A DNA stretch of 62,278 bases, the filler included, from Globobulimina sp. (Eukaryota), in NCBI GenBank assembly GCA_003354225.1. It is 33 parts of 33 records of this genome, joined end to end, with 100 filler letters (N's around TTAATTAATTAA, not from the genome) between each part and the next. Parts side by side here need not be neighbours in the genome. Positions count along the whole stretch, not along the records: positions 1 to 1,792 come from PIVH01011899.1; positions 1,893 to 3,684 come from PIVH01011900.1; positions 3,785 to 5,576 come from PIVH01011901.1; positions 5,677 to 7,468 come from PIVH01011902.1; positions 7,569 to 9,360 come from PIVH01011903.1; positions 9,461 to 11,251 come from PIVH01011904.1; 27 more parts are not named here. The stretch is one strand, 5' to 3'. How positions within the stretch are numbered: the first letter of the stretch is position 1; the number at the start of each line of letters is the position of its first letter. The translations under genes and the position numbers were made by a program. Below are positions 1 to 10,051 of the stretch, in pieces. The notes below the pieces were generated by a model. It searched no databases. It was given only the letters and a program-made list of their open reading frames with translations, and was not told the origin of the DNA.

Positions 1-161
1 TTAATACTAAATTGGGTTAAATTCATTAATGGGAAACCGATTTAAAGTTGGCAAACTAAAGCGGAAGTGACATGTAATTGAACTTTTAAGTTATAGCTCA
101 CAGAAAAAAGTTAGTTAGCAGTAGTCTAATGTTATAGCAAACCGTTTCTGAATCTGAAAAG

Positions 162-765
162 CGTTTCTCAGATAATTGAATAAAATGTATACAACTTATC
201 GACCAGGGGGTGGGGGTTATCTTTTGGAATATACCGTTGAACGATATATTTCAAAAGATAACCCACCACCCAGTGGTCGATAAGTTGTATACATTTTATT
301 CAATAGGGCTTTCAGATATGTACTGAAAATGTCAAAAACTTTTTGAACACCACCCTACTCAGTACATCCAGTTTGAAAAGTTCGAAAAGTCGCAGAATGC
401 CAAAAGGAGCCACAAGTACATCCATTGATACTGAAATTACTGAATTCATGATTGCTGTATTTTGTTTTTTTGTCCGTTTTTATTTTGTTGTTGTTCTGAC
501 AGTCAGATCTTATCCTTGCACAAATAAAATATAATTTTCTCAGTTAAACAAACTCATTCCCATATTTCGCAATCAACACTAAATAATGCGTTAAATCATT
601 TACTTTCTTGCTGTTTTTGCTCTTTTTTCTCATCAAATCTTAATTTCTTGTGTTTCTTTCGATGTTTTATAGCATCGGATAACATATTCCTCAACGATAT
701 ATTCCAAAAGATAACCACCCCTGGTCGATAAGTTGTATACATTTAATTCAATTATCTGAGAAACG
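162..765. mobile_element. Foldback/MITE-like inverted-repeat element with an internal palindrome
   Basis: 162-240 (CGTTTCTCAGATAATTGAATAAAATGTATACAACTTATCGACCAG...) is the near-perfect reverse complement of 691-765. 175-304 is itself an imperfect palindrome of the same unit. Confidence 0.65.
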
Positions 766-1299
766 TGTTTGTTATAACTTTGTGTGGGGTTTGCAAATCG
801 ATAACAAAGTCAAAACAAATTTATAATTGAATTTTCGGTATACAAATGGGGGGGTTATTCAAACGGGGGGGTGGGGGATCTTTTGGAATATATCGTTCAA
901 TGCAACAATCTTCATTTGCATATATTCCTCACTTATCGGCTCATTATCCTCTTCATCGCCAAACGCACTTTCACTGAGTTTTAATTTTAAGCTGAATAGA
1001 GCCTCAGCCATACATTGTAATGTTGATTGTAATGGTGATTGTAATGGTGACATTGCGTCGAGAATATGTGTTGATTTTTTTAAAGCATTGGTATATATAC
1101 AGATCTTGGGATATATCTGGATATAGCTGAGATAAATCTGGATATATCTTGGCTACATATGAAGAAACAAAAGAAACAAAAAGATAAATCAAACGATAAT
1201 TAGCATAGTTTACATTTTATTGATTACGTTTTTTTTGCTGTTTACAGCAACGTACATATTTAAGTCAATCTTTTTATATATTTTCAAAATTAATTATGT

Positions 1300-1441
1300 G
1301 ATATAGCTCAGATATATCTAGATGTATCTCAAATATATCTAGATACTTCTCGATGTCTCTAGATATATCTCAGCTATATCTACATATATCTGACATATAT
1401 CAGATCATTCCTTAGATCCTTCCTTTTCAGAAAATCCTTTG
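1300..1441 (+). repeat. AGATATATCT-type ~10-11 bp minisatellite ending in TTCCTTAGATCCTTCCTTTTCAGAAA; dispersed repeat family copy 1
   Basis: Periodic GATATATCT variants; the same array and 3' tail occur at 26695-26837. A further array lies at about 1095-1160. Confidence 0.8.
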
Positions 1442-1792
1442 TGAATATCGAATAACGCTTTAATTTGCTGTTAAAACTTCGTTTAATAATAAGTTTGCTG
1501 CGCATTTGCGTATATAGCGAATATTTGGATAATTGAATTGTTTGATAGAGATTTGTTTTAATGCGGAGATGCTATTTATATCTGACTTATTACAGTGGTG
1601 TATCGGATAAGATGCAGACGCTATGACCACTTTTTCAATATGACCACTTTTTTTTTTTTTTTTTTTAAAGGGGATCCTGTCCTGTCATATTGGTCATATT
1701 GGTCATATTTTATTTTGGTCATATTTGAAATTTTGATAATATTTGACTATTGATATGACCAAAATAAATCAGGTGAGGGTTTTGCGTGTAAA

Positions 1793-1892
1793 NNNNNNNN
1801 NNNNNNNNNNNNNNNNNNNNNNNNNNNNNNNNNNNNTTAATTAATTAANNNNNNNNNNNNNNNNNNNNNNNNNNNNNNNNNNNNNNNNNNNN
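1793..1892. other. Artificial contig linker (N44-TTAATTAATTAA-N44); first of 32 identical linkers separating 33 contigs
   Basis: An identical 100-nt block recurs about every 1,890 nt. TTAATTAATTAA gives stops in all six frames. Contig lengths fall steadily from 1792 to 1789. Confidence 0.99.
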
Positions 1893-3058
1893 CTAAATGT
1901 GTTATTATTCCAATTGAATTCATCACATAAACACGCCTCAGGACAGACATTGCAGCAATATCCATACATCCACCATTCATCGCAATTGCCATCTCCTGCT
2001 TGCTGCTGGCAAGTGGGCTGTGCACTCATTCCATCCGTTGGAGGTGGCTGCTCATTGATTCTGCAATCAAATGGATTGGGATAATATTCGCTGTACGCGA
2101 TATTATCTACATCTCCATCATAACATACATTCAAACACGACTGGAAGCCACAGGTCAAACAACAGTATCCTCCCATCCATGCTGCATTGCAATTATCCCA
2201 TCTATATTGTGCCAAGCAACTCGGCTGCACACCATCTGAACCTGCAGGTGGCGCCATATCTTGCTCACAATCGACATGGTGCGCAATGGAAACTGTGCTC
2301 GTTACTGTACTGGGTTCAGATGCATTGCTTGGACAATGGCAGGCTGCGGGACATGATTGGCAACACTGTCCTGTATTTTGCATCCATTCTGCAGAACAAT
2401 CGCCCCATTGTTTGAACTCACTGCATGTGTTGACAGCGTTGGGTGAAATGTCGCTGCTGCAATCAAATGGCGTTAACAGGTCAGGCGGAACATTGTTAAT
2501 ATCGCCATCGTAGCACGAATCGAGACAGGAGATGTAGCCACATGTCGTGCAACATTCATCCACCATCCATATGGCACTGCAATGGCCCCAGGTATAAAAA
2601 TCTAAGCAAGTGTCCACTTCGTTTGGTGAAATGTCGCTGTTGCATAATGATTGTGTGGTAATCGGAGGTATGGTATTGTTGCATCTGCAGGCTCCTGGAC
2701 AGGATGCACAGCAATGGCCATATACCCAGTTCTCAGCACATGAGCCCCAAGATGCTATCTCTTGGCAGGTCTCGTTGTTGGGTGGTATGTCTGATGAACA
2801 ATTATATGGTGTTAATCTATCTGGTGGCACATTATGTATATCGCCATCATAACACGTATCCAGACAGGAGATATATCCGCAGGTCACACAACATTGATCT
2901 ATCATCCATAGCTCAGTGCAAAATTGCCAGGTATGGAGTTGCAAACACGTGTCAGAGTTGGGTGAGATATCTGTGTCGCATATTGATTGAGAGTCACTCG
3001 TCATAAGAATTGTAAATGTTGATATCAAAATTGTCATTTTAGTTTGTGCCGCAGTCAT
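1893..3058 (-). CDS. Secreted cysteine-rich protein with six ShK-like repeats (3' end at contig edge)
   Basis: Hydrophobic N-terminus, then six copies of C-x2-D-x2-P-xn-C-x5-W-x2-C-x3-W-M-xn-CC-x2-C in alternating A/B types. Confidence 0.8.
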
Positions 3059-3111
3059 GTTGAGAATAACTGAAAAACAAATACTTGACTTGACATTTAG
3101 TCACTCACATC

Positions 3112-3684
3112 ATGGCAGGTAGGCTAACTTTAATGGAAGAATTGAAATTAAAATCAAAAGAACGAGCATCCTACAAAAAAGATGCCACAAATGCCGAAGA
3201 ATCAACTCCCATCAAACACGCACCCACCAAAAATGCATCAACTAAACCCAACGCCAGCAACACCAACGACGCCTCGACCAATAGCAACACACCCAAACTC
3301 GCGCAAAATCCAGCCACTAAAGCAGTGCTATCCCAGCTCTTAGCTCGGCGCAAACCAAATCCTAAACCGTCAAAAGCACACAAAACATCGTTATCAAACA
3401 TAGTCGGGTCGACGGACCATATGTGCACAGCATTGAATGTCAAGGATACCATATTCGACGAAGAGGAAAAATACGATGAATTGCTGAAAAACGAAGATAC
3501 AATGTCTATCTACACAGACAGTACATATATAAGTACCACTGCCTCCATTCAGTCGTTCAATGGCAGGAAAAAGAAGAAAAAGAAGAAGAAGAAGAAAGCT
3601 ACCATCATCCACCAGGGCAGCCACATAACCTGCAACAAACCACGCAAAATCTCCGTGTCACGATCCAGTGATATCCCTCCAATC
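3112..3684 (+). CDS. Hypothetical Lys-rich protein, 3'-partial
   Basis: ATG-initiated ORF open to the contig end, divergent from the Cys-rich gene; contains a poly-Lys tract. Confidence 0.55.
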
Positions 3685-3800
3685 NNNNNNNNNNNNNNNN
3701 NNNNNNNNNNNNNNNNNNNNNNNNNNNNTTAATTAATTAANNNNNNNNNNNNNNNNNNNNNNNNNNNNNNNNNNNNNNNNNNNNAATATTTTGCTTTATA

Positions 3801-5474
3801 ATGTCATTATCATTATCATTAATTGTTAATGTTGTGTACTATTTAATAAATGCACATATTTCATTATTGTCATATTTGATACTTCCAATGGCGATATTTT
3901 ATGCAATTGGTCATACAATAATGATCATAGTGTTTCTAGATGCAATGAAAACATACATAGAATCATATAATGTAACAAACGGTTGTTGTAATTCTAGCAA
4001 TATATTTATTACAATATCATTCATATTATTACCAATTCCTTTTCTCTCTTTTTGTGGGATAATAATAATGCCCACATTTACATACATTTCCTTACTATTT
4101 TCCATATGGATATTATTTGAACTATTTATTACAATCAATGTGATTTATTTATATTTGAACCAATTATCATATCTTCATCATTTACCGTATAATAACAGTG
4201 AATTAAATACAATGATACGAAGTACATGGAACATAATATGGACACTATCACTCTCATTTTTATCTATTATTTGTATTGTTTCCCTCAAAGATTCTCATTA
4301 TAACATCATATTATCGCATTTTATTCTGTGTATAAATACATTTATGTCTGTTCTATGTATCACTTCGTTCATTGACAATATTGATACATATATGCCATTT
4401 ATGTTGCAATTATTATGTAATGTCGGCGATTATTTCTGTGGATGTTGTTATTGTTGTTGTTGCGATCGAAAAAAGAAGAAAATTGATGATAAACCATTGA
4501 CTCATTCAGAAATCCAGCGGCAATCCATACAAATGACTGCAATAAAAAATTGTGACTCAGATTCTGAACAATCTTCACATTCTGCCAAATCTGTGCACTC
4601 TGAGGAGAAAAATGAAAACAATGAATTAATAAATGATGAAAAAGAAATTGAAAGCTTGCAATTGGAGATTGTTGAAAATAAACGATGGCTGAACTTGAAT
4701 GCAAATACATTCCTGGTACGACCCAGAGGTTATTATTGTGCTATCAATAAAAAACGAGATGGCGCAAAAAGGGTAGCATCAAAACCAGCGTTGTATGAAG
4801 TGTTTGAAGTGAATGCATATAGACTCAATACAGAAACACATGGCAAAAAATATAATATTGACATGCAGCTTAATACAGACAACATTGAAGCAAACTCGTT
4901 GAATTTACCGTACTTTATTATCATTCATATTTTATTGCCTTTGGGTGATGCTTGCGATGGGGATCTGAATGGAATGCAATTGATTATAAAATGTAAGTTA
5001 TCTGCGGAGAGTCGAGAAATATTAAAAAAGAATGAGAATCTGCGGGATTCCATGAAATTGTTGTCAGCATTTATCGATGCAGTCGCATTTAAAGAAAATA
5101 ATGATTTTAAGAATGCATTTCGAGTAACGATGCGAGTGAATAATTTATCTGAAACAACATTGTCATTCATTATCAAAACATTGATAAAAAAAGGAAACGG
5201 GAAAACAGTGGCAATCAAAGAGAAAGGAGCATATTCAATGGATTCGATGAATGGCATAAATACATATTTTACGATTGATATTGATGGACATAAATTATCG
5301 AAACAGGTTAATAAAATATGGAATAAAACGCAGTCATGTTTGGCTTCAATGATTTATGATGTTGCCTTTTTTGTGGGAGCACGGGAAATTGGAGATTACC
5401 ATGAACAAATATTGGCTTGTACTACCATTCATAAATGGTCAATTCAGGACATGTTGTATCAATTTAGGACTTAG
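3801..5474 (+). CDS. Multi-pass membrane protein with C-terminal EDR2_C/DUF1336-like domain, 5'-partial
   Basis: About six hydrophobic segments, a Cys cluster (CGCCYCCCC), then W...FLVRPRGY...PALYE, YFIIIHILLP, YFTIDID and DVAFFVGA...EQILAC motifs resembling DUF1336. Confidence 0.7.
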   Translation: MSLSLSLIVNVVYYLINAHISLLSYLILPMAIFYAIGHTIMIIVFLDAMKTYIESYNVTNGCCNSSNIFITISFILLPIPFLSFCGIIIMPTFTYISLLFSIWILFELFITINVIYLYLNQLSYLHHLPYNNSELNTMIRSTWNIIWTLSLSFLSIICIVSLKDSHYNIILSHFILCINTFMSVLCITSFIDNIDTYMPFMLQLLCNVGDYFCGCCYCCCCDRKKKKIDDKPLTHSEIQRQSIQMTAIKNCDSDSEQSSHSAKSVHSEEKNENNELINDEKEIESLQLEIVENKRWLNLNANTFLVRPRGYYCAINKKRDGAKRVASKPALYEVFEVNAYRLNTETHGKKYNIDMQLNTDNIEANSLNLPYFIIIHILLPLGDACDGDLNGMQLIIKCKLSAESREILKKNENLRDSMKLLSAFIDAVAFKENNDFKNAFRVTMRVNNLSETTLSFIIKTLIKKGNGKTVAIKEKGAYSMDSMNGINTYFTIDIDGHKLSKQVNKIWNKTQSCLASMIYDVAFFVGAREIGDYHEQILACTTIHKWSIQDMLYQFRT

Positions 5475-5720
5475 CTTGCCTAATACATTCTATTTTAAGT
5501 TTAATTTTTATATAACATTAAAAAACTTCACTTTCGAGCATGGCAGAACAAAAACAAAAAGTGTTGACAGAATGGANNNNNNNNNNNNNNNNNNNNNNNN
5601 NNNNNNNNNNNNNNNNNNNNTTAATTAATTAANNNNNNNNNNNNNNNNNNNNNNNNNNNNNNNNNNNNNNNNNNNNAAAATTCTTCATTTTCATTTCTCC
5701 TTTTATTTAACATTAATTAA

Positions 5721-5749
5721 ACATTAACACAATTAAAATTTAATGTCAA
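5721..5749 (-). promoter_or_regulatory. Sigma-70-type promoter (TTGACA-17 bp-TAATGT, extended -10 TG) for a divergent gene starting near 5688-5694
   Basis: Minus strand reads TTGACA ttaaattttaattgtgt TAATGT, followed by GGAG and ATG AAA ATG AAG at the contig edge. Confidence 0.55.
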
Positions 5750-5788
5750 CAGTTATTTGTAAATAAAAATAAAAATAAAGGAAAAAGT

Positions 5789-6220
5789 ATGCCAAGATAT
5801 AAAAATGAAACAGCAGCAAACATAGAAATTGTGAATGGTGATGGTTTCAAACAAGTTTTAGCTCCAGGAGATGAATCTGATGCAGCAAAATATTATCCAA
5901 CTTCAGTTGGACTCACAAAAATTTCAGATGAACCTTTCATAAATATCATTGAAGAATATAATATCGAAACTTTTGTAGCACCAGAAACAAGAACTCTTGT
6001 TTTGTCATCTCCCTCTATTGCAAAAATTAGAATTCAAAAAGTCACAGGAATAATTAATATTTATTTGCAAGATATAACAAATACTCCTGCAATTTTGATG
6101 GATTGGACAGCAGATGATTTTCCTGTTGATATTATAATTGATGGTAGGGCAGATCAAATTGTTATTGACAGTATTAATCCAATAGGTTCTGTTCAAATAT
6201 TGGAGATTAAAGCAAGATAA
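5789..6220 (+). CDS. Phage-like hypothetical protein
   Basis: AAGGA Shine-Dalgarno upstream; its stop overlaps the next start (TAATG); no introns. Confidence 0.7.
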   Translation: MPRYKNETAANIEIVNGDGFKQVLAPGDESDAAKYYPTSVGLTKISDEPFINIIEEYNIETFVAPETRTLVLSSPSIAKIRIQKVTGIINIYLQDITNTPAILMDWTADDFPVDIIIDGRADQIVIDSINPIGSVQILEIKAR

Positions 6221-6441
6221 TGAAAATACAAAAAAGTGGTATAACAGAAATAAATCTTATAACTTCAGATGAAACGATGCAATTAGAAGGTCCGTTGTCT
6301 GTTACTGATTTTATAAATCCTTTTTACATAATGAAAAGAACAGTAACTCCAATTACAATTTGGTGGAATACTGTAATGAGTCCATATTGGACTACTCCTA
6401 TGTCAGTATTATGGGATATACATATGGACTCGGAGGTATAA
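6220..6441 (+). CDS. Phage-like small hypothetical protein
   Basis: Translationally coupled to the upstream ORF; 3-nt gap to the next gene. Confidence 0.6.
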   Translation: MKIQKSGITEINLITSDETMQLEGPLSVTDFINPFYIMKRTVTPITIWWNTVMSPYWTTPMSVLWDIHMDSEV

Positions 6442-6444
6442 AAG

Positions 6445-7468
6445 ATGCCTAAAACGGTAATTGTACAAGCAGACACACTTGGTGAAGGTTGGGAAAAACA
6501 AAATTCCATGAACACGGAATTGTACGATAGGGAAGATGTTCCTATTTCCAATTCAACAGAATTTTTATATATAAAAGGCAATGCAACAACAGATGATAGT
6601 TTAAGAATTTCAGTAGACGGTACAACAGGATCTATGAGATTAGAAAAACGTGTTTCTGGTACTTGGGAACGATCGAATGTTGAATTGAAATCAACTGACT
6701 ATGATGTTGATTTGGTTAAAAGTGCTTATAAAGCGGGAAGATTTGGATACAATTCAACTTTGAAAGTTCATACAGCAGATACAGGTTATCCGAATGTTAG
6801 TACAGATATAGGTCGTGAACTACATTTAGAAGTTTATAATGCCACAGCAGCACAGATAAATAATGGTGATCCTGTTTCTGTAAATTTTACATTCACTGGA
6901 GATTTACCAAATGTAGTTCCGGCTGATTCTGGTAATATACTCCTTTCTCTTGGATTTGTTGGTGTTGCTACAATGGATATTCCTATAGATGAACCAGGCA
7001 TTGTTTCATCTTTTGGTCTTGTGAAGGATGTTAATACACAAGCTTTAACGCAAGGATTTATTTATATTGACGATGCTGGATGGTATACACAAACAAGACC
7101 CACTTATCCATTAGAAAGAGTAATAGTTGGTGGCGTTGTAAAAGCAGGTGTTACAGACGGTATGATATTTGTATCACCTCAAAATATATCTCGTAGATCT
7201 GCAAGTAGATCTTATACATTTAGTTCACAAGGTGTTAGTGCAGGCACACATTATGCGGCTGGATTTTATGAATGGTCGGGTACAGATATAACATTAGATG
7301 AAGGATCATTAACTGTTACACACGGAGCAGCAAACTTAACAAAAGCAGCACATGTGGGTATTGTTCCCTCAGCAGCAGGGTTAGTAGATGCAGGACAAGT
7401 AGGATTACAAGTAACAGGAACCTTAGATAGCGAATCTGGCACACAACTTGCTTCACAAACGGCTATAA
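6445..7468 (+). CDS. Putative phage virion/tail-fibre-like structural protein, 3'-partial
   Basis: GGAGG SD at about 6432. Gly/Thr/Val-rich, with a VYNATAAQINNGDPV...GVATMDI...G.V..FGLVKDVNT segment of the kind seen in phage structural proteins. Confidence 0.6.
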
Positions 7469-7844
7469 NNNNNNNNNNNNNNNNNNNNNNNNNNNNNNNN
7501 NNNNNNNNNNNNTTAATTAATTAANNNNNNNNNNNNNNNNNNNNNNNNNNNNNNNNNNNNNNNNNNNNGATTACCATGTTTACCAAAGGACTTTCATATA
7601 AAAAAATAAATATAAAATAGTTTTACCAGCCCTTTGTGTATGATATTTATTTTAATATTATATAATAGCCAACATGTCATGTTTCGTACAATTATTTGAG
7701 TGTTTCACTTAAAACCGCGTGCGAAAACTCTATGAGAATGAACTTTAAGAGGAGTTGGATTTATGTATAGAATGAATAATCATTTAAATAGCACACACAC
7801 CATATTATATTGTTATTATTTCATTTTAATGTCCATATGTCATT

Positions 7845-9359
7845 TCATTTTATTTTATTTATGTTACAACTGTTGAATACACTGATAACATTTTGCTTTA
7901 ATTGATTAAAACTATGAATACATTGATTTCTCTCATTTGTGATTTTCACAATTTGTGCATTTAATTTCTGATTATTATTGTTGTATTTCATAAGCAACAA
8001 TTCATTCTTTCTCTTTTCACAAATATACATTTCTTTTAATTTCTCATATTCACTGCAATTTTTATATTCCGATGCGTCTTTTTCCTCTGTACTCGGTGGC
8101 GTTGTACTTATACTCATATCAATATACACGCCATTATCTAGTCGTTGTCTTTTCTGCGATGGCTCATAATACTTATTATTGGCAATCACCTTTGCTTTAA
8201 ATTCAATTTCATGTTGAATTAACACACAAATTGCACATTGATCAAAGTCATTACATGCAATACAAGAAAAATAAAAATCTTGTTTGTATATTTCCTCACT
8301 GGCTTTCTCATCCAATAATGTAAATGCTATACATCGTTGTTCTGGGGATAATAGTTTCTGTTTCTCATAATATAACGAATGCGTATCACACCAAATAGGC
8401 GAAGATATATCATTGCTGGGAAACGTGTGCGACGACATAAATGTTGTTTTTTTGCCACATTTCTTGCAAAAAATGCGCACTTTCTTAAATCTCAACGCAT
8501 TCGAATCAGTTTGATTTATATTATTGTTCTCTTCATCTTTGTCAATAAATGTCAATGACAATCCATCCGCACTCAATATACCTTTTGTGAATTGCGTTTT
8601 ATTTGAATGCGTTTGTGTGACATGAAACATTTTTTTATTTTTATTGGGATTGTTGTAGATAACCGCTTCAGTTATGTGTCTTTTGTGTGTTTCTGAGGAG
8701 AATATCAATTGATAATATATTCGATTTGCATCTGATTCAAACCGTATCGCTTCATACCACAAATCATTTCCATGTACAGCGATATCTAAAAAACATCCAT
8801 AAAACGCCAAATCGTTATTTATTTTCACTTGTTGCGAATTGTAATGTCTCTCCGCACAAATTTCGCATAAAAACACGGAATGACATTTAATCAAATCATG
8901 GTCAGAATGTTGGACATTTTGTTTTTCCGAACAGCCTGCTATGCAATGATAATACCATATATTTATGTCATTTATTTGCATTTCACACTCATTGCAGTGC
9001 GGTGTTGCCTCCATTTGTAAAGTCTCATTAGTTCCGTCCTCAATGTTTAGCACATTATGAGAGCGTAAAAGAGCGTGACAATTGACATGAAATCCGCACA
9101 TAAATCGCAACGGTTTGCCGCAAGTACCACACAATAAACATTTACGTACTTTATAATTGCCATTGGAATATTTGACAACAGCGATTTGTTTATTTTCTTG
9201 GTTTTTTTTAAGTCTTTTTGATCGTCGTCGGGATTCATATAGATTTTTATATTCATTTGGCCAGTATTTCTTGATTAATTTATTTGATTTTGTTCTTAAT
9301 TTTAGTGCATTTTGGTATATTTCATGTGATTGTTGGTTAAAAAGCTGTGCGTTCTCCCA
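7845..9359 (-). CDS. Bromodomain (C-terminal part) plus Cys/His zinc-finger protein, 5'-partial
   Basis: The frame of ORF 7845-9134 stays open to the contig edge and reads WENAQLFNQQSHEIYQNALKLRTKSNKLIKKYW (bromodomain helix B-Asn-helix C pattern). Two ZZ-like CxxC clusters and a coiled coil follow. Confidence 0.7.
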   Translation of the reverse strand, partial: WENAQLFNQQSHEIYQNALKLRTKSNKLIKKYWPNEYKNLYESRRRSKRLKKNQENKQIAVVKYSNGNYKVRKCLLCGTCGKPLRFMCGFHVNCHALLRSHNVLNIEDGTNETLQMEATPHCNECEMQINDINIWYYHCIAGCSEKQNVQHSDHDLIKCHSVFLCEICAERHYNSQQVKINNDLAFYGCFLDIAVHGNDLWYEAIRFESDANRIYYQLIFSSETHKRHITEAVIYNNPNKNKKMFHVTQTHSNKTQFTKGILSADGLSLTFIDKDEENNNINQTDSNALRFKKVRIFCKKCGKKTTFMSSHTFPSNDISSPIWCDTHSLYYEKQKLLSPEQRCIAFTLLDEKASEEIYKQDFYFSCIACNDFDQCAICVLIQHEIEFKAKVIANNKYYEPSQKRQRLDNGVYIDMSISTTPPSTEEKDASEYKNCSEYEKLKEMYICEKRKNELLLMKYNNNNQKLNAQIVKITNERNQCIHSFNQLKQNVISVFNSCNINKIK

Positions 9360-9474
9360 TNNNNNNNNNNNNNNNNNNNNNNNNNNNNNNNNNNNNNNNN
9401 NNNNTTAATTAATTAANNNNNNNNNNNNNNNNNNNNNNNNNNNNNNNNNNNNNNNNNNNNAGCATGTATATGCT

Positions 9475-9990
9475 GTGGAAACAGATAAAATGAAAGTTAC
9501 ATTGGATGATTTGAAACAAGAAAATGAGAATAGATGGGTTGAGATAGCAGATGATTCTGCGGGACTATTATTGGGTTCCTTGGATAAATGGATGGAATAT
9601 GATCAAGTGTTGGAAATCGGTGTTGATATTGTTCGCGGGAATACGTCATCATTCAATCCAAAAATTAATACATATAATCGTATAGAATGGATATATTCGT
9701 TACAAATTGGCGATATTATTGATGTGTATAATAATGCGGCGAAACGGTGGTGTGCAGCAATGATACGATATATTTCTGATACTTTGTTTTATATTCATTA
9801 TATTGGTTATTTGGATAACTGTGATGAAATAATTGATGTAACGGATATTTTGCATGCAAGGACCTCGAGATTACAGGAAAGATATTCACAGTGTTCGCAT
9901 GACAGAGAAATTCAATCAAAAAAGGAAAATGTCAATAATTTAATATTTTGTTGGCGAACAGAGTCAGAATATGACCTGAAAGCAAACTAA
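9475..9990 (+). CDS. Protein fragment with a Tudor/chromo-barrel-like domain, 5'-partial
   Basis: LQIGDIIDV...WCAAMI...YIHYIGYLDNCDEII matches the Tudor-knot/MBT-like pattern. Confidence 0.6.
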   Translation: METDKMKVTLDDLKQENENRWVEIADDSAGLLLGSLDKWMEYDQVLEIGVDIVRGNTSSFNPKINTYNRIEWIYSLQIGDIIDVYNNAAKRWCAAMIRYISDTLFYIHYIGYLDNCDEIIDVTDILHARTSRLQERYSQCSHDREIQSKKENVNNLIFCWRTESEYDLKAN

Positions 9991-10051
9991 AAGTCAGAAA
10001 AACTTCTAATTTAACGCTATAAAAGCAAGACAAAAAAACTTTAGTTAAAGT

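Noticed and set aside
343-1192. Small ORFs in contig 1
   Set aside because: They overlap inverted repeats and minisatellites, and no protein motif is recognisable.
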